Shown here: positions 34,396 to 42,251 of the stretch, one piece after another
Layout of the letters: the number at the start of each line of letters is the position of its first letter
How positions within the stretch are numbered: the first letter of the stretch is position 1
Source: Candidatus Acidiferrales bacterium
Lineage (GTDB): Bacteria > Acidobacteriota > Terriglobia > Acidiferrales > UBA7541
Assembly: GCA_052146315.1 (NCBI GenBank)
Contig: JBKQNJ010000095.1
Span: 33,364 to 97,363 of the forward strand
Direction: 5' to 3'
DNA: 64,000 bases
The notes under the pieces: generated by a model
What the model was told of the DNA's origin: nothing
What the model saw: only the letters and a program-made list of their open reading frames with translations
The model's database searches: none
Translations under genes and position numbers: made by a program

Positions 34396-37215
34396 ATGGC
34401 ACCCCTTCCAGGTGAGTTATCAGTGTCGAATGAGACGACAGTTCCGAACGCCCGAGCGTTTGTACGCAGCTTGAACGTCCTATTTAAGTTCTCCCGGCTC
34501 TATGGGTTAGAGCATGCGAGATCGGCGTCGCAGTTTGATTCCGCGTGGAGCGAACTCAAAGAAGCTGTCGAGGCTTCAGGTGACGTTGGCGTGCTTTTGG
34601 GAGCCTCGGGGTCTCAGCTCCTCTTGGACGGCGTTCCGCTCGAAACGACCCCTGCTGAACGCAGTTTCGCCGACCTGCTGAATGCTGCAGGCGTGGCCAG
34701 CATCTTCTTTCAGCCGGGCGTCGAGCGCCATGAATTTGCAAACCTCGTGCGCGTGTTCATGGAAAGCGGTCCGCGAGTGGCTCCGTTGAGCGAGCGGCTG
34801 GAGCAGCATTTTGGGAAGGACAACTCGGGAGGGATTCGGATCAACGAAATTCGGTTCGTCGCTGAGGATGCGGGCTATTCGGAGGCGCGCGTCGCCGCAC
34901 AGTTAGCGGTGAGGACGCTGGGGGCCGATGCCGACCGCGTTCAAGACTGGTTTCGCAGTCCGGAAAAGATGATCCAGCTAATTGCCGCAGCCGAAGGCGC
35001 GCACGGCGGAAGCGGGACTGGAACGGGCACGGGAACTGGCACAGGCACGGGGTCAGGAAGCGCGTACGACCACGGGACGGGAAGCGGCACGGGAACGGGC
35101 GCTGTTGGAAGCGGAACCGACGTGGGAGGACTTAGCTTCGGATTCGGAGCAACGGCAGGCAGAGGGTCAGGCGGAGCTGCGGGCACTGACGCCGGCCTGG
35201 GCCCTGGTGCCGGGGGAAACCTTGAGCCCCAGCCTCTCGATGAAGGCCAGATGCATAGTCTGCTTCGGCTACTCGCGCAGTTTGGCGAGGCGACGCACGG
35301 GAAGACTTCCCAGAAGCCCCTCGATGCGATGATCTGGCAGCAGAGAATCGCGGACCTTCCGCAGAACGCGCAGGTGACCCTGCGGCAGGCGCTCGCAAGT
35401 GTCGCCGCGAAGACTCCTTCGGCAAGAGTGGACGAGGCGATGCTGTTACGCCTGGCGGAAGACCTGGCGATCCGCTTCGCGCTCGACCGGTTCCAGCGCG
35501 GCGAAGTGCGGGTGAACGCCGTCCGCCAAATGCTGGACAAGATGGGCCACGAGCTTGAAACGCTGCGAAAGCTGCTGAAGGCCCGCGAAGAGAAGATGAA
35601 CAACGCGGGAATTTCGATGGAATCGCACGCGGACGTGCTTGACCGGCAGTTCTGGGCGGCGGTGCCGGAATCGGGGAAGCGCGCGGTGCTGACGTCGAGC
35701 GAGGCGTGGTGCATTCCGCCGCGAAACGTGCAGCAGTACGTGGAAGAGTTGCTCGGGCGCGGCGAATCGGCGATGGCGGGGGACGTCCTGCTGAAGTACG
35801 CGTCGTGCGTGCGAAACAAGGACGCGCAGGCGCGGAAAAAAGCGGCGATTGGTTTGGGTCAACTGGCGGAACTTTACAGCAAGGCCGCGAGCCAGAGATT
35901 GCAGGATGCGCTCGCGCAAATCGGGCAACAGCTGGTGGCGGAGAAGGATCCGGAGCTCCAGACTCTATTGGGCGCGGCCTTTGTGCGGCTGAGCCAGGAG
36001 GCGGCACAGCGGCGTTACTACCGGGCGATGCAGCAGTCGCTCGATTCGCTCGCCGACCTCGAAGAGCTGCGGCCAACGTGGGCGCACAGTTTGCGGCCGC
36101 GCATCGGCGTCGAGAACCGGCTGCCGGAATTCGTCGAAGAGGCGCTGACGGCGGAAGCGATGCCCGAAGGGCTTGTGGCGGTGCTGAGCCGAGTGCCGGA
36201 AGGCGCGGGCGAGCACCTGGCGGCGCGGCTGGGGCGCTCGGGACGCCGCACGGAACGCGAAAATATCGTGCAACTGGCGAAGGCTGTGGGCGGCGCGTGC
36301 GCCCGGCACTTGAGGGAAATATTCAAGTCCGAGGCGCCGGCGAAGGCAGCGGTGGTGGCCGGGTTGCTGGCCCGCCTCGATCCCGCGTCGATGGAGGAAT
36401 TGCTGCCGATGAGGCTGCGTCATAGCGGGCGCAGTTTCCACGACGTGCTCGTGCGCCAGCTTTCGATCAGCGGAGCGCCGGAGCGCGGGCGCCTGCTGGC
36501 GAACTCGCTTGAGCTCTTCGACGTGGCAGCTGTGTCGCTCGCACTGGACGAAATCGGGATGTGCGGCGATCCGGCGACGGCGGCGACGATGCTGCGGCTC
36601 GCCGAGGGAGACATTCTGCCGCAAGGCGCGGACTACCTGCGCGTGAAGGCGATCGAAGCGCTCGGGAGGATGCGTGCGCCGGATGCGGTGGGGCCGCTGC
36701 GAAAGTTCGTGGAGGACCGCAAGACGTTCGGCTGGACATATCCCGAAGAAATTCGCACGGCGGCTGCCCAGGCGCTGATGAAAATCGAACCGGACTGGAT
36801 GCAGAAGTTCCTGCCGGAATCGGGGCTGGATGCTGGCGTGATGGCGCTGGCGCCGCTCGACGCCATCCCCGAACGCGACGTGGTACGGCATCGCCGCTAC
36901 CGGAGAATCCGGCTGCCGCGCAGCGTGCCCGCGGTGCTGACTTCGGCGCGAGGCAAGTATCCATCGTCGATCAGCGTGATGAGCCTCGAAGGCGGGCTGC
37001 TGACCGGCGACGTTCAGCTCGCAGTGGGAACGGAGGCGACGCTGAAGATTCCCGCGGGGCTGCGGTCGATCAGCATGCAGGCTGTGGTGAGATTCGTGCG
37101 GCCGCACCAAGCCGGATTCGAGATGGTCGGGATGGGGCTCGAAGATCGCTCGAAATTGCGGCGGCTGCTGATTTCGCTCGGGGACGTCGACGCCGACCCG
37201 AACAAGCCGCTCTAG
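34396..37215 (+). CDS. large multidomain protein: N-terminal uncharacterised domain, Gly-Thr repeat, HEAT/armadillo-like helical repeats, C-terminal PilZ-like domain
   Basis: The C-terminus has RHRRYRRIRLPR (RxxxR) and ISVMSLEGGLL (xSxxGG). The central helical region has repeated A.ALG.L / AIEALGRMRAPDAVGPL patterns typical of HEAT_2/PBS-lyase repeats. Confidence 0.7.
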   Translation: MAPLPGELSVSNETTVPNARAFVRSLNVLFKFSRLYGLEHARSASQFDSAWSELKEAVEASGDVGVLLGASGSQLLLDGVPLETTPAERSFADLLNAAGVASIFFQPGVERHEFANLVRVFMESGPRVAPLSERLEQHFGKDNSGGIRINEIRFVAEDAGYSEARVAAQLAVRTLGADADRVQDWFRSPEKMIQLIAAAEGAHGGSGTGTGTGTGTGTGSGSAYDHGTGSGTGTGAVGSGTDVGGLSFGFGATAGRGSGGAAGTDAGLGPGAGGNLEPQPLDEGQMHSLLRLLAQFGEATHGKTSQKPLDAMIWQQRIADLPQNAQVTLRQALASVAAKTPSARVDEAMLLRLAEDLAIRFALDRFQRGEVRVNAVRQMLDKMGHELETLRKLLKAREEKMNNAGISMESHADVLDRQFWAAVPESGKRAVLTSSEAWCIPPRNVQQYVEELLGRGESAMAGDVLLKYASCVRNKDAQARKKAAIGLGQLAELYSKAASQRLQDALAQIGQQLVAEKDPELQTLLGAAFVRLSQEAAQRRYYRAMQQSLDSLADLEELRPTWAHSLRPRIGVENRLPEFVEEALTAEAMPEGLVAVLSRVPEGAGEHLAARLGRSGRRTERENIVQLAKAVGGACARHLREIFKSEAPAKAAVVAGLLARLDPASMEELLPMRLRHSGRSFHDVLVRQLSISGAPERGRLLANSLELFDVAAVSLALDEIGMCGDPATAATMLRLAEGDILPQGADYLRVKAIEALGRMRAPDAVGPLRKFVEDRKTFGWTYPEEIRTAAAQALMKIEPDWMQKFLPESGLDAGVMALAPLDAIPERDVVRHRRYRRIRLPRSVPAVLTSARGKYPSSISVMSLEGGLLTGDVQLAVGTEATLKIPAGLRSISMQAVVRFVRPHQAGFEMVGMGLEDRSKLRRLLISLGDVDADPNKPL
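35005..35121 (+). repeat. in-frame GGN-ACN hexanucleotide repeat encoding (Gly-Thr/Ser)n
   Basis: The DNA ggcggaagcgggactggaacgggcacgggaactggcacaggcacgggg... encodes GGSGTGTGTGTGTGTGSGSAYDHGTGSGTGTGAVGSGTD. Confidence 0.8.
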
Positions 37216-37235
37216 CTTCCCATAATTTCCCGCAG

Positions 37236-38840
37236 TTACGTCTTGGGCAGGTCGTCCGCGGAAACCCACCAGCCGTGCACCTGGCTATAGGAGCGGAAGG
37301 GCAGGTGGACTTTGGCTATCGGGCCGTCTTCCATGTGCTGCGTATCGACGATGATCAGATCGGCGCGGCCGCCCTCGAGCAAGCGATTCGCGATGCCCAC
37401 AAGGTAACCATCTCCTTCCGCAGCGTCTTTGCTGCGCGGGACGAAGCAGCATTCCTGCAGACTGGAATCATCGCCGACCCAGAATTCGGATGTGGTGCGC
37501 GTGGCGTGATCGAAGCGCGTGTAGGAATTGGTGGGACGGAACGCCACGTTGCCGAGTTTCGGATTGAGCGGTTTCGTGGGATCGCTCGTGGGCATGAAGC
37601 CGTAGCGATACGGGATCGTCTGATAGCGATCGTCCTGGCGGGGCAGCGCGCCGGTCTGCGGGTAGAGCTGCTCCATGTTGTAATCGCGCGGAGTCTTGTC
37701 CGAGAGATCGACTGACAGACGATGCAGCGTCCCGGCGGCCGCCTTGGGATCGAACGGCTCGCCGTGGAGATTCGGGAAGAACGGAAACTGATTCTTCAGC
37801 GCCATGTCCATGTCGACGTAGATTTTGTTGCCGTCCGAGAAAGCGCCCATCACGTGCGTGGCGCAGCGCTCGGGCCCCTTGAACCAGCGAACATCCTTGC
37901 CGTCTCCGCCGCGTTCCAGCACGCCGAACCAGGTGGGGAGCGTCGAGTCCCAGGCGAAGTGCACCTGGCCCTGCTTCATGCGCTCGACGTTCGTCGCCAT
38001 GGGAAGAATGAGGAAAGCGATATATTTCTGCGAGACGGCGAAATCGTGGATCATGCCCACGTAGGGGACTTTGATCCAGCACTCCCACGTGATGTGTCCT
38101 TTGGCGTTGGCCGAGAAGACGTAGACGTCGTCGGTGGCGAGCCCCTTGGCTTCGTAACCGTAGGAGATCATTTCGCCGGTAGCGTGATCGAACTTCGGAT
38201 GGGCGGTATGCGTGAGGCTGTGGAGGCCGCCGCCGAAGGTGTAGTAATTGTCCACCGTTTCGAGGGTGAGCGGATTCATCGCGACCGGCGGGCTGTCTTC
38301 CTTGAGTGAGAAGAGATACCCGTGGTGATAGACGACGTGAGTATTGGCGGTGCCGCGGCTGACGCCCTTGACGCTCGGATCATCCGTGAAAGGATTGCGG
38401 TACATGCCGAAAAGGCGCCGGCGCGCCTTCGCCTGGGCTTCGAAGCGCTGGGTGCGCGGATAGCGGCTCTTGAAATCGACGTGGCCGTTCGAGATGCGGA
38501 ACAGGCTGACGTGGCCCTCGCCGTCGAAGGGGATGTTGCCCTTCATCGGGGGATACTGCCAGTCGGGGCCGACGCGATAGAAGGCGCCGTCGATATTCAG
38601 CGGGATTTCTCCCTCGATGTCGCAGTCGCGAATGTCGCACTCGCTGCGAAAGGGTCCAGCGCCACCGAGACCCGGAGGATTCGAGAAGTGAACGGTCTCC
38701 GCTTTCGCGGGCGTCGCACCAAGAGACAAACCGCCTGCCACCGCACCCGTGCCAGCTGCCGCGAGCGTTCCGATGAAACTGCGGCGATCCATTCCTGCAC
38801 TTTTGGCCGTGCTTTTCGGCTGTTTTGATTTGCGCGCCAT
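37236..38840 (-). CDS. carotenoid/stilbene cleavage oxygenase family protein with a twin-arginine signal
   Basis: MDRRSFIGTLAAAGTGA...ATPAKA is a Tat motif. His-containing propeller motifs are HTAHPKFD, MIHDFAVSQKY, ATHVMGAF, VHGWW. Confidence 0.85.
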   Translation of the reverse strand: MARKSKQPKSTAKSAGMDRRSFIGTLAAAGTGAVAGGLSLGATPAKAETVHFSNPPGLGGAGPFRSECDIRDCDIEGEIPLNIDGAFYRVGPDWQYPPMKGNIPFDGEGHVSLFRISNGHVDFKSRYPRTQRFEAQAKARRRLFGMYRNPFTDDPSVKGVSRGTANTHVVYHHGYLFSLKEDSPPVAMNPLTLETVDNYYTFGGGLHSLTHTAHPKFDHATGEMISYGYEAKGLATDDVYVFSANAKGHITWECWIKVPYVGMIHDFAVSQKYIAFLILPMATNVERMKQGQVHFAWDSTLPTWFGVLERGGDGKDVRWFKGPERCATHVMGAFSDGNKIYVDMDMALKNQFPFFPNLHGEPFDPKAAAGTLHRLSVDLSDKTPRDYNMEQLYPQTGALPRQDDRYQTIPYRYGFMPTSDPTKPLNPKLGNVAFRPTNSYTRFDHATRTTSEFWVGDDSSLQECCFVPRSKDAAEGDGYLVGIANRLLEGGRADLIIVDTQHMEDGPIAKVHLPFRSYSQVHGWWVSADDLPKT

Positions 38841-38938
38841 GTTCCCCCCTTGGTGGGGCAGTATGTCCCAGGCCAGCCCATGCTTGCAAGTGTGGATGGC
38901 CGGGAGTCCGCGGGCGAAGGAGACGATCGTGGCGAGTT

Positions 38939-39307
38939 TCAGGCGTCCGAAACTGGGCGCCGCGGTACCGGCATCATCGAAGGCAGGATGCGGCGATAAG
39001 GCAGAACACTAAAGAATCTCTCGCGGCAAGGGTCGCAACGATACGCCGGAAACACGAGCATGCGCTTCAGGAAGAGCAGGGTTCCCTTCTCGACGCGCTC
39101 CCTGGAGATGTGCTGGAGATCAAAATTACCGCACTTGGGGCAGTGCGCGTACCGCGCGAAAGGGAGCGCCACGCTTCTCGCGTAGAACCGGAGATCGCAG
39201 GTGTGGCAGCGCCAGGGACGCAACGCGGTCAGGCTGGCGAAGAAATCGAAGATGCCGCTGCGGTGAGAACGCAGGCAATCGGCGCTTCGGCATTGCGGAC
39301 AGATCAT
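38939..39307 (-). CDS. small Cys-rich protein with four CxxC pairs (two predicted zinc ribbons)
   Basis: MICPQCRS ... CHTCD ... CPKCG ... CDPCR. The ATG at 39307 was chosen. Confidence 0.5.
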   Translation of the reverse strand: MICPQCRSADCLRSHRSGIFDFFASLTALRPWRCHTCDLRFYARSVALPFARYAHCPKCGNFDLQHISRERVEKGTLLFLKRMLVFPAYRCDPCRERFFSVLPYRRILPSMMPVPRRPVSDA

Positions 39308-39470
39308 TCGAGCAGGCGCCTCCCATCCCGGATGTGGGACGGAATGTTCGAGACGTAACGTACCGTAGGGCGACACAACCTGCCGTACGGCCGAGATCTT
39401 CGGCTAGGTACTATACAACACCGGAGAGAGCGGGACAATCCGCGTGTAAAATAGGCGAAGAGAGGAATCG

Positions 39471-39863
39471 ATGCCCGACTATACCGCCGAACACGCACGC
39501 GCAGGAATCAACGCCAAGCTGCCCAAGCTCGAAACATGGCCGAATCACTTTCCCGGCTACGAGATCACGATTCGGTTTCCCGAATACACGTCGATCTGCC
39601 CGAAGACGGGCCTGCCCGATTACGGCGCAATCGCGATTCATTATGAGCCGAAGAAGGTGTGCCTGGAGCTGAAAGCGCTGAAAATGTATCTGCTGGGGTA
39701 TCGAAACCTGGGAATCTTCTACGAGAACGCGGTGAACCGTATGCTGCGCGACATCGTCGCAGCCGTGCAACCCGTCTGGTGCACAGTGACGGGCGAATTC
39801 ACGCCTCGCGGAGGATTGGTGACGACCGTCGAAGCGCGCTGGCCGCGCGGATGGAAGGGTTAG
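39471..39863 (+). CDS. queF: NADPH-dependent 7-cyano-7-deazaguanine reductase QueF (type I)
   Basis: FPEYTSICPKTGLPDYG (catalytic Cys) and the QueF motif ELKALKMYL. Confidence 0.9.
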   Translation: MPDYTAEHARAGINAKLPKLETWPNHFPGYEITIRFPEYTSICPKTGLPDYGAIAIHYEPKKVCLELKALKMYLLGYRNLGIFYENAVNRMLRDIVAAVQPVWCTVTGEFTPRGGLVTTVEARWPRGWKG

Positions 39864-39958
39864 ATCGACCCCGGGGTAGACTTCGGTGTGCCGCTCGGCG
39901 ATAATCCGGCCATCGAATCCGCGATGCACGGAAGGGCGGCTTTGGCCGCGAAGGAGGC

Positions 39959-40849
39959 TTGATGAGTTTGACCTCGAACACGCCCGACGATACTCCCCCT
40001 GTAACTGAAGTTGCTTCGCTGCCGCGCTGGGTGTTAGTGCTCTTCGTCGCGGCATTTGCGCTGGTCGGCTATCTTCTGTATGCCACCTACGCGCAGCGCC
40101 AGGCGCTGGCCGCGAGCGCGCAGGAGGCGGACAAGAGGACACAAGCGCTGGCCGCGGAAGTGGATAAAACCAACGCGCGGATCGCCGACCTGAAAGGGCA
40201 ACTCGACGTTACTTCGCAGAAGCTGGGCTTGACGGAGGACGAGCTGGCGCGGGCGCGAAGCCTCGCGCAGACGATCCGTTCCGACCAACAGAAAAGCGAC
40301 GCCCAGTTGAAGCAGCAGATCGGCGAGGTGCAGGCGGACACGACGACGAAGTTCGGACAAGTCGCCACGCAGCTCAACGGAACGCAAAACGACCTCTCGG
40401 CCACCAAGGCCGATCTGGAGGCCACCAAAGGTAAGCTGCAATCCACGATCGGCGACCTGGGCGTGCAAAGCGGATTGATCGCCACGAACCACGACGAGGT
40501 CGAGGAGTTGAAGCGACTCGGCGAGCGTGACATTTTCGAATTCTCGCTGAGCAAGTCGAAAATGCCCGAACACGTCGGCCCGATCCAGGTGCAACTCCGC
40601 AAGGTGGACACGAAACATTATCGATACACACTCAACGTGGTCGCCGACGACAAGTCCATCGAGAAGAAGGACAAGACGGTGGGCGAGCCGGTGCAGTTCT
40701 ACGTACGCGGTGCGCGTGCGCCCTACGAGATCGTGGTATTCGACCTCACCAAGGACACGGCGAAGGGCTATCTGAGCACTCCGAAGTCCGCGCAGGCCGC
40801 GCCGCCTTCGGCGCCTGCGGCTGCACCTGCTTCGCCACCGGGCAATTGA
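39959..40849 (+). CDS. membrane-anchored coiled-coil protein, function unknown
   Basis: N-terminal TM WVLVLFVAAFALVGYLLYA, then long heptad-like Q/A/K/L/D-rich segments, ending in a Pro/Ala tail. Confidence 0.5.
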   Translation: MMSLTSNTPDDTPPVTEVASLPRWVLVLFVAAFALVGYLLYATYAQRQALAASAQEADKRTQALAAEVDKTNARIADLKGQLDVTSQKLGLTEDELARARSLAQTIRSDQQKSDAQLKQQIGEVQADTTTKFGQVATQLNGTQNDLSATKADLEATKGKLQSTIGDLGVQSGLIATNHDEVEELKRLGERDIFEFSLSKSKMPEHVGPIQVQLRKVDTKHYRYTLNVVADDKSIEKKDKTVGEPVQFYVRGARAPYEIVVFDLTKDTAKGYLSTPKSAQAAPPSAPAAAPASPPGN

Positions 40850-40865
40850 GACGGCCCGCCACTAG

Positions 40866-42098
40866 ATGGAGCGCTGGAAGACAAGTGTCATAGTCGTTGT
40901 GGCCGCGCTGTCGGCGAGCCTCGTTGCGCGGCGTGGGGCTTGGGCGCAAACGCCGGCCCCGCCACCGCAAACGCCAACTTCCTCGAATGCCGCTGCCGGC
41001 TCCGTGCGATTTGCGTATGGAGGGAACGTCGCGGAGATTCCCGCCGAGTTCATCGGCGGCCTGGTTCTACTGCCCCTGCACGTGAATCAGAGCCAACCGT
41101 GCCTGTTCGTGCTGGATTCGACGGCCGCGGCCACATCGATCGATCCGGAACGCGCCACAGAACTCGGCATTCCCGCCGGGCAGAGCGTCGAGCTGGAATT
41201 CGCAGGCGTCAATCTGACGCTGCCCGAGCTGCCGCGCTTCTCGAAGCCGAATTTCGATGCGCGATTCGGCCGCGAGTACGAAGGGACGCTGGGCCGCGAT
41301 TTCTTCGAGAGCTTCGTCGTGGCAATCGACTACGAGCGGAAGACGGTCCGCTTGTTCGATCCCGGCGCGTATCAGTATTCGGGGCACGGGAAGAGCTTTC
41401 ATCTCTCGTTTGCGGAGGACACGCCGGTGGTGCGCGCGAAGTCCAACACGAACGGCAAAACGGTCGACGGCGATTTCGGCATCGATACGGCTCTCGATGC
41501 CTCGGTGCTGTTCTCCGAGAGTTACGCGAACGCCCACCGCATGTTGTCGCACCTCAAGACGATTCCGGCGATGGATGAGGTATCGGACGATGCAACGGGC
41601 GCAATGCTCGGACGCATGAGGCTCTTCCAGATCGGGCCGTTTCCGGTGCAGCAGGCGATTGCAACATTTTCAAAGCTAAGCCCTCGGGCGGCGGGCGGCG
41701 AAAAACTCGCTGGCGAGATCGGCGGAGGGATGTTGCGGCGCTTCACCGTGATCTTCGACTATCCGCACATGCAGGTCATCTTTGATCCGAACAGCAACCG
41801 GCGCACCGAGGAATTCGAGGACATGAGCGGAATCTCTTTGATCGCGGGAGGCCCCGGCCTGCGGACGTTCAAAGTGACTCAGGTGCGGCCCGGGACGCCG
41901 GGAGCGGAAGCAGGGCTGCAAAAGGGCGATATCATCGAGGGCATCGATCAGGACCCCGCCGCCGATCTTTCGTTGATACAGGTGCGCGACCTCTTCCGGC
42001 AGCTCGGGCATCCGTACCTGTTGACGATCGAGCGAAACGATCAGACGCTGCACCTCACGATGAAGCTGAAGCGGCTGCTTCCCGACAACCAAGGCTGA
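40866..42098 (+). CDS. secreted PDZ-domain protein with a retropepsin-like (aspartyl-protease-like) N-terminal region
   Basis: Signal peptide VIVVVAALSASLVA. LFVLDSTAAATSI and FGIDTALDAS resemble degenerate D[TS]G loops. C-terminal PDZ: VRPGTPGAEAGLQKGDIIEGID. Confidence 0.55.
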   Translation: MERWKTSVIVVVAALSASLVARRGAWAQTPAPPPQTPTSSNAAAGSVRFAYGGNVAEIPAEFIGGLVLLPLHVNQSQPCLFVLDSTAAATSIDPERATELGIPAGQSVELEFAGVNLTLPELPRFSKPNFDARFGREYEGTLGRDFFESFVVAIDYERKTVRLFDPGAYQYSGHGKSFHLSFAEDTPVVRAKSNTNGKTVDGDFGIDTALDASVLFSESYANAHRMLSHLKTIPAMDEVSDDATGAMLGRMRLFQIGPFPVQQAIATFSKLSPRAAGGEKLAGEIGGGMLRRFTVIFDYPHMQVIFDPNSNRRTEEFEDMSGISLIAGGPGLRTFKVTQVRPGTPGAEAGLQKGDIIEGIDQDPAADLSLIQVRDLFRQLGHPYLLTIERNDQTLHLTMKLKRLLPDNQG

Positions 42099-42251
42099 TT
42101 TTCGAACGAACTTTCCTTCAGAAGCTGGCCGCGCCGCGGTCGACCAGCATCTCGATTCCGGTGATGAGCGGCTCAAGCTGCGACCCACAAGACAAGAGCA
42201 CGGACAGGATTGTCTGTGCCACCGTCGGTTATCGCGAGCTCACGCCGGGGT

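Noticed and set aside
34941-37269. Several long minus-strand ORFs (292, 314 and 434 aa) opposite the HEAT/PilZ gene
   Set aside because: They have typical antisense composition (Arg/Pro/Ala/Ser) and mutually overlapping frames. The plus-strand ORF is continuous for 939 codons and ends in a recognisable domain.
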